Source: Gemmatimonadales bacterium
GTDB lineage: Bacteria > Gemmatimonadota > Gemmatimonadetes > Gemmatimonadales > GWC2-71-9
Direction: 5' to 3'
Assembly: GCA_036397755.1 (NCBI GenBank)
Contig: DASWII010000066.1
Span: 6,915-70,914 of the forward strand
DNA: 64,000 nt
Part shown: positions 19,160 to 28,749 of the stretch, piece after piece
How the letters are laid out: each line of letters starts with the position of its first letter
How positions within the stretch are numbered: the stretch's first letter is position 1
Made by a program: the position numbers and the translations under genes
Notes under the pieces: generated by a model
What the model was told of the DNA's origin: nothing
Databases searched by the model: none
What the model saw: only the letters and a program-made list of their open reading frames with translations

Positions 19160-20437
19160 CTATCGCGTGCGAACCCACCGCACGAGTTCTCTGATGTTCG
19201 GGCGTTTGCCGTGCATGAGGATCCCGACGCGGTAGATGCGCGCCGCAAGCCACGTGATCAACAGCAGGCCTAGCACCAGGAAGCCAATGGACATGGCCAC
19301 CTGATCGAGCGGCACTTCTGCCGCGGCCCACCGCACGGGCATGGCGATCGGCGAACAAAACGGAATCAAGGAGAGTGCTATCGCTATCCCGCCGTCCGGT
19401 TGCTGCAGTATGCTGAGCATCAACATCGTGGGGATGACCAACAGCATCACCACTGGTGTCTGCGCCTGTCGCGCCTCAGCTTCGGTGTTGGACATGGCTG
19501 CGACTGCCGCAAACATCGACGCGTACAGAAAGTAGCCCAATACGAAATAGACCAAGAAAATGACGATCGTGGAAACCGGCACCTCGGGCATCGAGAACCC
19601 GCCGCCGCTTCCAGCGAGATCCACGCCGACCATCCCGGCAATCGCCTCACGTTGATCGATCATGATCTTGGCCGACACTCCCCAGATGAGAAACTGGAAC
19701 AGTCCCACGCTTCCGACTCCGACAACCTTGCCCGCGAGAAGCTCGAAGGGTCGCAAGCTCGACACCAACACCTCGACGATGCGCGAGGTCTTTTCCTCCA
19801 CGACGGAACCAAGGACCTGTACGCCGTACAACAGAATCGCGATGTAGAGAATGAACCAGAGCAGGTACGCTAGGAAGAACCGCGCTTCCCCTGAGTCCTC
19901 TGTGACCTTGCCCCCGCGGATGCTCACGGTCGTCAGAGACACCGGAATGGTGGCGCGCGCCACCAGCTCCGGATCCACCCCGACACGATTCAGCCGTTCG
20001 ACAAGCACGATCTCGCGCACCGTCCGCTCGAGGACGCTCATGTCCGTCAGCGACGACACGTTTGCGCCGCGGTATTCGGCCTTGCCGTCCTCCACCGTGG
20101 CGTCGGTGAGGATGAGGAAGCCGTCTATCGCCTTCTCCCCTACTACCGGCACCAACGAATCTCCGACCGCCTCCAGTCGATCCAGCGTGACTGCGAGGCG
20201 CCTGGCTTCCACCGGCGCCCGACCGTTCAGTCGGTCCGTCACCCGCCGACCGAAATCCGAGGTGGTTACGTCGACGACGACGATCGTTCGTTGCCGACCG
20301 CCGCGGTCCGCGAGTAGGAGGGGAATGACGATCATGCCGCCCATCAGCAGGGGGCCAAGAATCGTCGAGACGATGAACCACTTGTTCCGAACGCGCTCAA
20401 TGAACTCGCGACGCATGACGACCCAGATCTTATGCAT
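19160..20437 (-). CDS. ABC-2 type transporter permease (NatB-like)
   Basis: It has an N-terminal TM, a large extracytoplasmic loop and a C-terminal cluster of 5 TMs. It overlaps the ATPase gene by 8 nt. Confidence 0.8.
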   Translation of the reverse strand: MHKIWVVMRREFIERVRNKWFIVSTILGPLLMGGMIVIPLLLADRGGRQRTIVVVDVTTSDFGRRVTDRLNGRAPVEARRLAVTLDRLEAVGDSLVPVVGEKAIDGFLILTDATVEDGKAEYRGANVSSLTDMSVLERTVREIVLVERLNRVGVDPELVARATIPVSLTTVSIRGGKVTEDSGEARFFLAYLLWFILYIAILLYGVQVLGSVVEEKTSRIVEVLVSSLRPFELLAGKVVGVGSVGLFQFLIWGVSAKIMIDQREAIAGMVGVDLAGSGGGFSMPEVPVSTIVIFLVYFVLGYFLYASMFAAVAAMSNTEAEARQAQTPVVMLLVIPTMLMLSILQQPDGGIAIALSLIPFCSPIAMPVRWAAAEVPLDQVAMSIGFLVLGLLLITWLAARIYRVGILMHGKRPNIRELVRWVRTR

Positions 20438-21389
20438 CGACCACCTCCTGGGCCCGTGCACGCGTCGCGTCGGGCCCAACCAGATCGATGAAGATCTTGT
20501 TGAGCGTGGGCTCGGCGACTTGGAATTGCGTCACCTTGAGATCGGCCGACACCAGAGCGCGCAACAGATCCTGCGTCGTGGCGGTCGTTGCGAGTTCCAC
20601 TTCCGCGTACTGCCCGTAATCATCCGCTTTCATCACCAGGCGACGGTTCCGAAACACCTGGTCCGTTCCCGCAAGTCCGCCGTCAACCGAAACGAGCACG
20701 TTGTGACCGCCATGCTGCCGCTTGATGTCCGATATCGCCCCGTCGACCACCTTCTCACCACGGGCGATGATACAGACGGCGCTGCACAGCTTCTCGGCCT
20801 GCTCCATGATATGCGTCGAGAACAAGATCGTCGTGCCCGTGCGCGCGAGCTCGACGATGATGTCCTTGATCAACACCGTGTTGACCGGGTCGAAGCCTGA
20901 GAACGGCTCGTCCAGGATCAACAGGTCCGGTCTGTGCAGGACGGTGGCAATGAACTGGACCTTTTGCTGCATGCCTTTGGACAGGTCGTCGATCTTCTTG
21001 CTACTCCAGTCACTCAAACCAAGTCGATCCAGCCATCGTGCCCCCTCGTCCTTGGCCCACGCGCGCTTCGCTCCCTTGATTTCGGCGAGGAAGACCAAGA
21101 GGTCCAGGACTTTCATCTTCCGATACAACCCGCGCTCCTCCGGCAGATAGCCGATACGATGAGCGAGCCGCCGTCCTCCATCACCGCCACCGAACAAGTC
21201 GATGCGACCATCATCCGGGGTGATGATGTTCATGATCATCCGGATGGTCGTCGTCTTGCCCGCGCCGTTCGGTCCAAGCAGGCCGTAGATCGTTCCACGC
21301 GGCACGTTCAGCGACAGGTTGTGCACCGCTGTGTGTCCGGCGTATCGCTTGGTAATGCCGTGAATGGCTACCACAGAATCCGCGCTCAT
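20430..21389 (-). CDS. ABC transporter ATP-binding protein
   Basis: Walker A is GLLGPNGAGKTT, the signature is LSKGMQQK and Walker B is LLILDEP. Confidence 0.9.
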   Translation of the reverse strand: MSADSVVAIHGITKRYAGHTAVHNLSLNVPRGTIYGLLGPNGAGKTTTIRMIMNIITPDDGRIDLFGGGDGGRRLAHRIGYLPEERGLYRKMKVLDLLVFLAEIKGAKRAWAKDEGARWLDRLGLSDWSSKKIDDLSKGMQQKVQFIATVLHRPDLLILDEPFSGFDPVNTVLIKDIIVELARTGTTILFSTHIMEQAEKLCSAVCIIARGEKVVDGAISDIKRQHGGHNVLVSVDGGLAGTDQVFRNRRLVMKADDYGQYAEVELATTATTQDLLRALVSADLKVTQFQVAEPTLNKIFIDLVGPDATRARAQEVVDA

Positions 21390-21611
21390 TGTCTCATCCG
21401 CTCAGCCGGTGAAAGCCGGTCCAAGGTAAGTCCTTCAGACATCGCCGACCAGCGCGGCCACCCACATGCGGACTCGCCGCAGGCGTTGTACTGCACGCTC
21501 GACCGTCGCGGACCTGGCGCTACAGGGAGAGCTGCCGACACGTTGTCTGGGATCTGGGCGCGACGGGCGGATGCCGACCTTCAACGTGCTCCCGGTCGCG
21601 TCGGGAGGCAA

Positions 21612-21953
21612 TTAGACCTGGTCTTGCAACCCCGGAAGGCGCACCAGCACGTCATTGCCGGCGATCGTCACCGACAGCAGGCGCAGCGGCTCGGTCGCCG
21701 GTTCCGCGAGGACCGCACCCGTTCGCACATCAAACTGCGCACCGTGTAGCGCGCACTCGATCACGTAGTCATCCACCATCTCGCCGTCACTCAGCGGGAA
21801 GTCCGCGTGCGAGCAGCGGTCCGCGCAAGCAAAGACCTGGCCACCGACCTTCACGAGACACAGGGTTTCGCCCGTAACGGTTTCACAGGCCTTGGGGGCG
21901 CCATCCGGGAGTTCGGATAGCATGGCCACTTTGGCTAGGCTCCCGTCCGTCAT
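21612..21953 (-). CDS. Rieske [2Fe-2S] ferredoxin (non-haem oxygenase ferredoxin-type), last gene of the suf operon
   Basis: The Rieske motif is CSHADFPLSDG...CALHGAQFDVRTG (CxH..CxxH). Confidence 0.85.
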   Translation of the reverse strand: MTDGSLAKVAMLSELPDGAPKACETVTGETLCLVKVGGQVFACADRCSHADFPLSDGEMVDDYVIECALHGAQFDVRTGAVLAEPATEPLRLLSVTIAGNDVLVRLPGLQDQV

Positions 21954-22442
21954 TCACGCTCCGGTGCTGGTTTCGTCCGGCTGCTCCATTGCCGCCTCAG
22001 TCGATGCGGCACCACTGCCCGCCAGCGCAGCGTGCAGCGTGTGCCAGGCGAGGTTGGCGCACTTCACTCTGGCGGGATACTGACGCACACCCGAGAGCGC
22101 CGCGAGCTTTCCGAGGGCCGCGGTTTCGATCGAACCACTCGGCGGCGTCGTGACCATTGCATGAAACGCCTGGAACAAGTCCAGCGCCTCTTTGGACGAC
22201 TTGCCCTTCACGGCTGCCGTCATGAGTGAAGCCGATGCCTGCGAGATGGCGCAGCCGGTTCCCTCGAAACCGATATCGGCAATGCGATCGTCCTCCAGAA
22301 TCAGGTACAGGGTCATCCGATCACCGCACAAAGGATTCGATCCCTCCGCCGAGCGATTCGCGCCCTCTAGCTTCCGGAAGTTTCGCGGGCTCCGGTTGTG
22401 ATCGAGAATCACCTGCTGATAGAGGTCCCGGAGATCCATCAC
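21954..22442 (-). CDS. sufU: SUF system Fe-S cluster scaffold/sulfur acceptor SufU (NifU/IscU-like)
   Basis: It has NPLCGD, GTGCAIS and the LYQQVILDHNRSPRN N-terminus. Confidence 0.9.
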   Translation of the reverse strand: MMDLRDLYQQVILDHNRSPRNFRKLEGANRSAEGSNPLCGDRMTLYLILEDDRIADIGFEGTGCAISQASASLMTAAVKGKSSKEALDLFQAFHAMVTTPPSGSIETAALGKLAALSGVRQYPARVKCANLAWHTLHAALAGSGAASTEAAMEQPDETSTGA

Positions 22443-23704
22443 CGCCCGAACACCTTGCAGACTTCTCCCAGCGCGTCCACCAGCCTGTCCACGTCGCGCC
22501 GTGTGTTGTAGAACGCGAAGGAGGCCCTCGTCGTGGCGGGCACGCCGAGCCGGTCCATCACCGGCTGCGTACAGTGGTGCCCGGTCCGCACGGCGACCTC
22601 GTACTGGTCCAGGATCGTGCCGACGTCGTGGGCATGCACACCCTCGAGGATGAAAGACACCACGGCCGCCTTTTCGGAGGCCGTGCCGACCACCCGCACG
22701 CCCGGTACCGACTCCACCCGCGAGGTCGCGTAGCGTAACAGATCGCGCTCGTGCGCCTCCACCTCATCCCAAGGGAGGTCGTGTAGATAATCCAGCGCCG
22801 CTCCCAATCCGATCACGCCGGCGATGTTGGGCGTGCCCGCTTCGAACCGCGCCGGTGGCGGAGCGAAGGTCGTGCCCTCGAACGTCACGCGGTCGATCAT
22901 CTCGCCACCACCCTGATACGGCGGCATCGCCTGCAGATGGGACGCCTTCCCGTACAGCACGCCAATACCGGTGGGGCCAAACGTCTTGTGCCCGGAGAAA
23001 GCGTAGAAGTCGCAATCCAGGGCGCGCACGTCAACGCGGAAGTGCGGTACGGCTTGCGCACCATCGACCAGCACGGGGATGCCGCGTTCGTGCGCGCGAC
23101 GCACAATCTCGGCTACGGGATTGACCGAGCCGAGCGAGTTCGACACGTGCACGACCCCCACCAACCGCGTTCGCACCGTCAACAGCTCATCCAACGTCCC
23201 CAAGTCCAGCTCGCCGGTGTCCGTCATCGGAATCACCCGCACCCTTGCACCCGCCGCCTCCGCCACAAGCTGCCACGGCACGATGTTCGAGTGATGCTCC
23301 ATCGTCGAGAGGAGAATCTCGTCTCCCGCCTCAAGCCGGGGTCGCCCGAACGACTGCGCTACGAGGTTGATCGCCTCCGTCGTACCGCGAACGAAGATGA
23401 TTTCGTGCGGGTCGCGCGCATTCAGGAAACGCTGGACCGTCGCCCGCACGCGCTCGTAGGCAAGGGTCGCCGCGGCACTCAATCGGTACACGCCCCGGTG
23501 GATGTTGGCGTTCTCTTCTGCATAGTACTGCTGCAGTGTCTCCAACACCCGGCGGGGCTTTTGCGTGGTGGCTGCGTTGTCCAGATACGCCAGGGGTTGT
23601 CCGTTCCGCGCCTGGGCCAGGATCGGGAAATCCGCCCGAACCCTCTCGGCATCAAACGCCATCGTGTGGCGCCTGGGAACCGACACCCCGATGGTCGTCG
23701 ACAT
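22439..23704 (-). CDS. sufS: cysteine desulfurase SufS
   Basis: It has FPIL..YLDNAATTQKP, a PLP lysine in FSGHKTFGPTGIG, and an active-site Cys in RTGHHCTQP. Confidence 0.9.
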   Translation of the reverse strand: MSTTIGVSVPRRHTMAFDAERVRADFPILAQARNGQPLAYLDNAATTQKPRRVLETLQQYYAEENANIHRGVYRLSAAATLAYERVRATVQRFLNARDPHEIIFVRGTTEAINLVAQSFGRPRLEAGDEILLSTMEHHSNIVPWQLVAEAAGARVRVIPMTDTGELDLGTLDELLTVRTRLVGVVHVSNSLGSVNPVAEIVRRAHERGIPVLVDGAQAVPHFRVDVRALDCDFYAFSGHKTFGPTGIGVLYGKASHLQAMPPYQGGGEMIDRVTFEGTTFAPPPARFEAGTPNIAGVIGLGAALDYLHDLPWDEVEAHERDLLRYATSRVESVPGVRVVGTASEKAAVVSFILEGVHAHDVGTILDQYEVAVRTGHHCTQPVMDRLGVPATTRASFAFYNTRRDVDRLVDALGEVCKVFGR

Positions 23705-25074
23705 CAGGCGGTCGCGGTATCTCCCGTCAGGGCCGCCAATCGCTGCTGAACGAGGACGTCGAGCCAGTCGCGCAGCCGCTGGTAACGGACACTGTTCAGG
23801 ATTTCGGAGGCGAACCCATAGGTGAGGAGCTTGCGTGCGTCCGCGAGATTCAGGCCTCGACTCCGGAGATAGAACAGGTGGGTCTCATCAATCGGTCCGA
23901 GCGTAGCGCCGTGGGTGCACCGCACATCGTCGGCGTGAATCTCGAGTTGTGGCTGACTGTCGGCGCGTGCGTTCGCGGACAAGAGCAAGTTGTTGTTCGT
24001 CTGCTTCGAATCGGTCTTCTGCGCTCCCTGGCGTACGATGATCCGACCGCTGAACACCCCACGGGCGCGATCACCGAAGATGCCGTTGAAATATTCCCAG
24101 CTGTTGCAGTGCGGTTGGGCGTGGTCCAGCGTGGTGTGGTAGTCGACGTGTTGTCGCCCGCCAAGTCCGGACAGGCCGTTGAGCGTGCTCTGGGCGCCCT
24201 CGCCGCCCAAGACCGAAACCAGATCCTGACGACTGAGCGCCGCACCGAACGAGAATGTCACCATCGCGCACCGGGCATCGCGCGCTAATCGCGAATGGGT
24301 AACCGCCGTGTGATAAGCGTTGCCGGAGTCCCGCTGGATTCGATAACTGTCGAGTTGGGCGTTGACCCCAACGACATACTCACTGACCGGACTGGTCCAG
24401 TAGCGATCGCCGTCGCCGCCGGCGTGCGTCTCGACCACGGTTGCTTCAGCCTCGTCCTCGACCACCACCAACAGACGCGGAAAGACCAGCCCGTTGTCAC
24501 CGGCCGATCCCACGTCCGTAAAGAAGAGCACTTGGATCGGCACGCTGAGGCGGACGCCGCGCGGCACGAACACGAAAGCCCCGTCGCTCAGAAACGCCGT
24601 ATTCAGTGCGCCAAAGGGGGTTCGCAAGTCGGCACCCGACGTACCGAGGTGCTGCTCCACCGCCGGGTGCGCCTGGTCGAGAGCCTCCCGGAGACCCATG
24701 ACGACCGCGCCGCCCGGGAAACTGGGCATGCGCGACAAGTGTGGAGCGACACGGCCATTCACGACCGCGAGCACGGCCGAGGTTTCGTCCGGAACCACGT
24801 GAGGGGATAGCGCCACCGCGTCTGCCGTCGATGCCCCGCCGAGGACTTCGAACACCGACTCGACCAGCGGCTTCACATCAGTGAACCGCCACGCCTCGTC
24901 GCGGGTGGACGGAAATCCCGCGTCCGCAAAACGCGCGATGGCGGCTGCTCGCTTGCCCTTCAGCCACTCCGGACTCGCGCCCGCGCCGTTGACCGCGAAC
25001 GCTTCGTAAGCCGCTACATAGGCGTTGTGCGCACGTGAGCGATCGACTTGCTGGGCCATGGCGTCCCGGCTCAT
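23704..25074 (-). CDS. sufD: Fe-S cluster assembly protein SufD
   Basis: It has a SufD beta-helix C-terminal region (..ADSQPQLEIHADDVRCTHGATLG..LFYLRSRG). The start forms an ATGA overlap with the sufC stop. Confidence 0.85.
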   Translation of the reverse strand: MSRDAMAQQVDRSRAHNAYVAAYEAFAVNGAGASPEWLKGKRAAAIARFADAGFPSTRDEAWRFTDVKPLVESVFEVLGGASTADAVALSPHVVPDETSAVLAVVNGRVAPHLSRMPSFPGGAVVMGLREALDQAHPAVEQHLGTSGADLRTPFGALNTAFLSDGAFVFVPRGVRLSVPIQVLFFTDVGSAGDNGLVFPRLLVVVEDEAEATVVETHAGGDGDRYWTSPVSEYVVGVNAQLDSYRIQRDSGNAYHTAVTHSRLARDARCAMVTFSFGAALSRQDLVSVLGGEGAQSTLNGLSGLGGRQHVDYHTTLDHAQPHCNSWEYFNGIFGDRARGVFSGRIIVRQGAQKTDSKQTNNNLLLSANARADSQPQLEIHADDVRCTHGATLGPIDETHLFYLRSRGLNLADARKLLTYGFASEILNSVRYQRLRDWLDVLVQQRLAALTGDTATA

Positions 25075-25844
25075 CCTGCCGCTACCAGTTCCGATTTGGT
25101 CCAATCGTAGCCCTTCGCCTCGAGTTCCAACGCCAGCTCCTTCCCACCGGAGCGCACGATCCTACCGTGCGCGAGCACATGCACGTAGTCAGGCGTGAGG
25201 TAGTTGAGGATGCGCTGATAATGCGTCACCACGATGAACGAGCGCTCCGGGCTTCGGAATCGGTTGACGACCTCGGCGACAGCCTTGACCGCATCGATGT
25301 CGAGTCCCGAGTCCGTCTCGTCCATGATCGCGAGTGATGGTTCCAGCACCGAGAGCTGGAGAATCTCGTTGCGTTTCTTCTCACCTCCGGAGAACCCCTC
25401 GTTGACGGCGCGATACACCAGGCTGTCGTCCCACCCTATCGCCTTCAACTTGGCATCGAGTAGCTCGGCAAAGTCGATGGTGTCCAACGGCTCCTCGCCC
25501 CGTGTCTTCCGAATCGCGTTCACCGCCGACTGCAGGAAGTAGGCATTCGTGATCCCGCGAATCTCCACCGGATACTGAAACGCCAGGAACACCCCGGCAG
25601 CCGCGCGCTCGTCCGGCTCCATCTCCAGCAGGTCGCGTCCACCGAAGCGCACCGTTCCGCTGGTCACCTCGTACGCAGGGTGCCCCGCCAGCAACTGGGC
25701 CAGCGTACTCTTGCCGGACCCGTTCGGCCCCATGATGGCATGGACCTCGCCCGGCCGAACCATCAGGTCGATCCCCTTGAGGATTTCGCTGCCCTCCACA
25801 GCCGCGTGCAGATCGTGAATCTCAAGCATGTGCTCGTTTCCCAT
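25071..25844 (-). CDS. sufC: Fe-S cluster assembly ATPase SufC
   Basis: It has GPNGSGKST, FSGGEKKRNEILQ and AIMDETDSGLD. Confidence 0.95.
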   Translation of the reverse strand: MGNEHMLEIHDLHAAVEGSEILKGIDLMVRPGEVHAIMGPNGSGKSTLAQLLAGHPAYEVTSGTVRFGGRDLLEMEPDERAAAGVFLAFQYPVEIRGITNAYFLQSAVNAIRKTRGEEPLDTIDFAELLDAKLKAIGWDDSLVYRAVNEGFSGGEKKRNEILQLSVLEPSLAIMDETDSGLDIDAVKAVAEVVNRFRSPERSFIVVTHYQRILNYLTPDYVHVLAHGRIVRSGGKELALELEAKGYDWTKSELVAAG

Positions 25845-25847
25845 GAT

Positions 25848-27305
25848 TTATCCGACGCTCCCTTCGAGACTAATGCTCAGGAGGCGCGTCGCTTCGACAG
25901 CAAACTCCATGGGCAACTCTCGAAAAACGTCCTTGCAAAAGCCGTTGACAATGAGCGAGACCGCGTCTTCCTGGGATAGGCCCCGCTGCTGGCAGTAGAA
26001 AATCTGATCCTCACCCACCTTGGAAGTGGTCGCTTCGTGCTCCATGACCGCGGAGCTGTTTCGCACATCGATGTATGGGAAAGTGTGAGCACCACACTGG
26101 TCACCGATGAGCATCGAGTCGCACTGCGAGTAGTTCCGCGCGTTCGCGGCACCCTTCATAATCTTGACCTGCCCGCGATAGGTATTCTGGCTGTGCCCCG
26201 CCGAGATTCCCTTCGAGACGATCGTGCTGCTCGTGTTCTTCCCGATGTGGATCATCTTGGTGCCCGTGTCAGCCTGCTGCCGGTGATTCGTCATTGCCAC
26301 CGAGTAGAACTCGCCGATGGAGTTGTCTCCCTCGAGTACACAACTCGGGTACTTCCAGGTTATGGCCGATCCAGTCTCGACCTGCGTCCACGAGATCTTG
26401 GAGTCACGGCCGGCACAGTGACCCCGTTTGGTGACGAAGTTGTAGATCCCGCCGACGCCCTGCTCGTCGCCCGGGTACCAGTTCTGGATCGTCGAGTACT
26501 TGATTTGCGCGCGCTCACCCGCGACGAGTTCGACCACGGCCGCATGCAACTGGTTCTCATCACGCATCGGGGCGGAACAGCCCTCGAGATAGCTCACATA
26601 ACTGTCGTCGTCGGCCACGATCAGCGTACGCTCGAACTGCCCCGTCGCAATGGCATTGATCCGGAAATACGTCGACAGCTCCAGCGGGCACCGCACTCCC
26701 TTGGGCACATAGACAAACGAGCCGTCGGTGAACACCGCGGAGTTCAACGCCGCGAAGAAATTGTCGTTGCTCGGCACCACGGATCCCAGGTGAGCGCGAA
26801 CCAAGTCCGGATGCTCGCGGATGGCCTCGGAAATCGGCAGGAAGATCACGCCGTGCTTGGCCAGCTCTTCCTTAAAGGTCGTGGCCACGGACACGCTGTC
26901 GAACACGGCATCGACGGCAACACCGGTCAAACGCTTCTGCTCGGAGAGCGGAATACCCAGCTTCTCAAACGTCTCGATGAGCTTGGGATCCACCTCATCC
27001 AGACTCCCCACCCGCGGTTGTTGGCGGGGGGCGGCGTAGTAGTGAATCGCCTGGTAGTCGATCGGATCGTACTTCACGTTGGCCCAGGATGGTTCCCGCA
27101 TGGTCAGCCAGCCGCGGTAAGCCCGCAGCCGCCAGTCCAACATCCAATCGGGCTCGCCCTTCTTCTCGGAGATGAGCCTGATGATGTCTTCGTTCAGCCC
27201 ACGCGGTGCGAGATCCGACGCGATGTCCGTGCTCCACCCGTACTTGTAGGCCTGTTGTACGTGCTGGTCGATCGCGGACGATGTCGTTGACTCCTGTGGG
27301 GTCAC
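25848..27305 (-). CDS. sufB: Fe-S cluster assembly protein SufB
   Basis: SufB-like sequence runs throughout (..[42 protein letters not shown]). The GTG start at 27305 forms a GTGA overlap with the sufR stop. Confidence 0.95.
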   Translation of the reverse strand: MTPQESTTSSAIDQHVQQAYKYGWSTDIASDLAPRGLNEDIIRLISEKKGEPDWMLDWRLRAYRGWLTMREPSWANVKYDPIDYQAIHYYAAPRQQPRVGSLDEVDPKLIETFEKLGIPLSEQKRLTGVAVDAVFDSVSVATTFKEELAKHGVIFLPISEAIREHPDLVRAHLGSVVPSNDNFFAALNSAVFTDGSFVYVPKGVRCPLELSTYFRINAIATGQFERTLIVADDDSYVSYLEGCSAPMRDENQLHAAVVELVAGERAQIKYSTIQNWYPGDEQGVGGIYNFVTKRGHCAGRDSKISWTQVETGSAITWKYPSCVLEGDNSIGEFYSVAMTNHRQQADTGTKMIHIGKNTSSTIVSKGISAGHSQNTYRGQVKIMKGAANARNYSQCDSMLIGDQCGAHTFPYIDVRNSSAVMEHEATTSKVGEDQIFYCQQRGLSQEDAVSLIVNGFCKDVFRELPMEFAVEATRLLSISLEGSVG

Positions 27306-27976
27306 GCGGCCTCCGGCGTCTGTGAAGGTCCCCCTGTCACGGGCGAAATGGAGTACTGACAGGAGTTGCACCCGTCTGGAATGTATGAGTCGCGCTGCAC
27401 GTCGCGCTGCAACACGTCCCGCAGGAAGTCCGCTTCTGCCGCACAGATCTCGGGGAATCGTTCGGCCACGGCCCGCACCGCACAGTGATGCTCCGCGAGG
27501 CGCACTTGGTCCTCCTCGAGTGACCAGGCCGCCATGAATCCCTGCTGGGAAAGTACGTCGACCACCGCTTGGACTTTCTCCTCGATCGACGCGTTGACAA
27601 GCTCGGCACGGAGCCGATCCGCCTGCGCGCGAAACCGCTCGGCGAACATCGCGCGGACGGCATCTCGCCCACCACTGCGGGCGATGTAGATGAGCGCGTC
27701 CTCGAGTGCCTGACTGTACTGCGTCGGGAACAGGGCCTCGCCACCCTCGGTTAGCCTGTAGAGGTACGTGGGCGCCCCGTTGCCTCGCTGTGCTCGTTCG
27801 TACAGCACGAGGCCCTCGGCTTCCAGTTCCTTCAGATGCCGCCTGACCGCGGTGGAGGATACGCGGAACGCGTCGGCGAGCTCCCTGGCCGTCAACGGCT
27901 GCAGGCGTTTCAGCTCGAGAAGGACGTCTCCCCGAAGGCCCTTGTGGCCCGCGAGGGCCGGTGTCATCGGGTTCAT
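27302..27976 (-). CDS. sufR: SufR-type winged-helix (ArsR/DeoR-like) Fe-S regulator of the suf operon
   Basis: It has an N-terminal wHTH ([30 protein letters not shown]). The C-terminal Cys ligand set is [19 protein letters not shown]. It is the first gene of the suf operon. Confidence 0.75.
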   Translation of the reverse strand: MNPMTPALAGHKGLRGDVLLELKRLQPLTARELADAFRVSSTAVRRHLKELEAEGLVLYERAQRGNGAPTYLYRLTEGGEALFPTQYSQALEDALIYIARSGGRDAVRAMFAERFRAQADRLRAELVNASIEEKVQAVVDVLSQQGFMAAWSLEEDQVRLAEHHCAVRAVAERFPEICAAEADFLRDVLQRDVQRDSYIPDGCNSCQYSISPVTGGPSQTPEAA

Positions 27977-28185
27977 ATGGTGATCATGCTAACCCCGTCC
28001 ACCAGCTTTGCGCAACTAAAAGAACGATTTTGTTTGCGAAACGCCATGGAAGACAACCACCTCACGAGCTATCAAGCGAGCAACAGTCGACTTAAGCTAT
28101 TGTTACGTAACCACTTAACAGATCAGATAGCATGGAGCGGCGCGTGCCGATACATTGAACCGTCAACTCGTGAGGTGCCGCGAAC

Positions 28186-28749
28186 ATGGCCGTACGGCCG
28201 ATACGCCTGCTGGGCGATCCGATACTGCGTTACCAGTGCGACCTGGTCGAGGCGGTGCGATCGCCGGCCGCTCGCGTCGTGGCCGACGATCTTCAGGACA
28301 CGCTACGTGACCTGAAGAGTCGCCACGCGATGGGCCGAGGTTTGGCAGCTCCGCAGATCGGCGCTCCCATGCGGTTGGTTTACGTCGAGGTGGACGAGCC
28401 CTGGTTCCTGGTGAATCCCGAGATCACAGACGTGGGGAGCCAGGATTTCCTCGTGTGGGACGACTGTTTTTCCGTCCCGAATCTCCTTGTGCGTGTGCAG
28501 CGGGCTCACCAGGTGTGTGTCGCGTACCACGATCTGGCTGGGAAGTCCCATCAGGTGGACGTCGAGGGCGCCATGGCCGAGTTGCTCCAGCACGAAATCG
28601 ACCATCTCGATGGCGTCTTGCTTGTGGATCACCCCGCGGGGCTCGACCCGTTCTGTCTCAGGGAGGAGTGGAATCGACACTATGCCGGCGGAGGGCGGTA
28701 CGGCTCGCCGTTCGACCGAGAAATCGGCCCGGGCAATGACCCACGCTAG
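28186..28749 (+). CDS. def: peptide deformylase
   Basis: The three PDF motifs are present: GLAAPQIG, DDCFSVP (an EGCLS variant) and HEIDHLDG. Confidence 0.9.
   Translation: MAVRPIRLLGDPILRYQCDLVEAVRSPAARVVADDLQDTLRDLKSRHAMGRGLAAPQIGAPMRLVYVEVDEPWFLVNPEITDVGSQDFLVWDDCFSVPNLLVRVQRAHQVCVAYHDLAGKSHQVDVEGAMAELLQHEIDHLDGVLLVDHPAGLDPFCLREEWNRHYAGGGRYGSPFDREIGPGNDPR

Noticed and set aside
26037-27290. A long (417 aa) ORF antisense to sufB. Similar long antisense or off-frame ORFs include 9251..10072, 12225..13157, 16109..17035, 19851..20900, 29034..30074, 32677..33720, 59136..60311, 60873..62030 and 62440..63798.
   Set aside because: All are Arg/Pro/Gly/Ala-rich with low-complexity composition, as expected from stop-codon depletion in high-GC DNA. 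Each lies opposite a gene with unambiguous family motifs.
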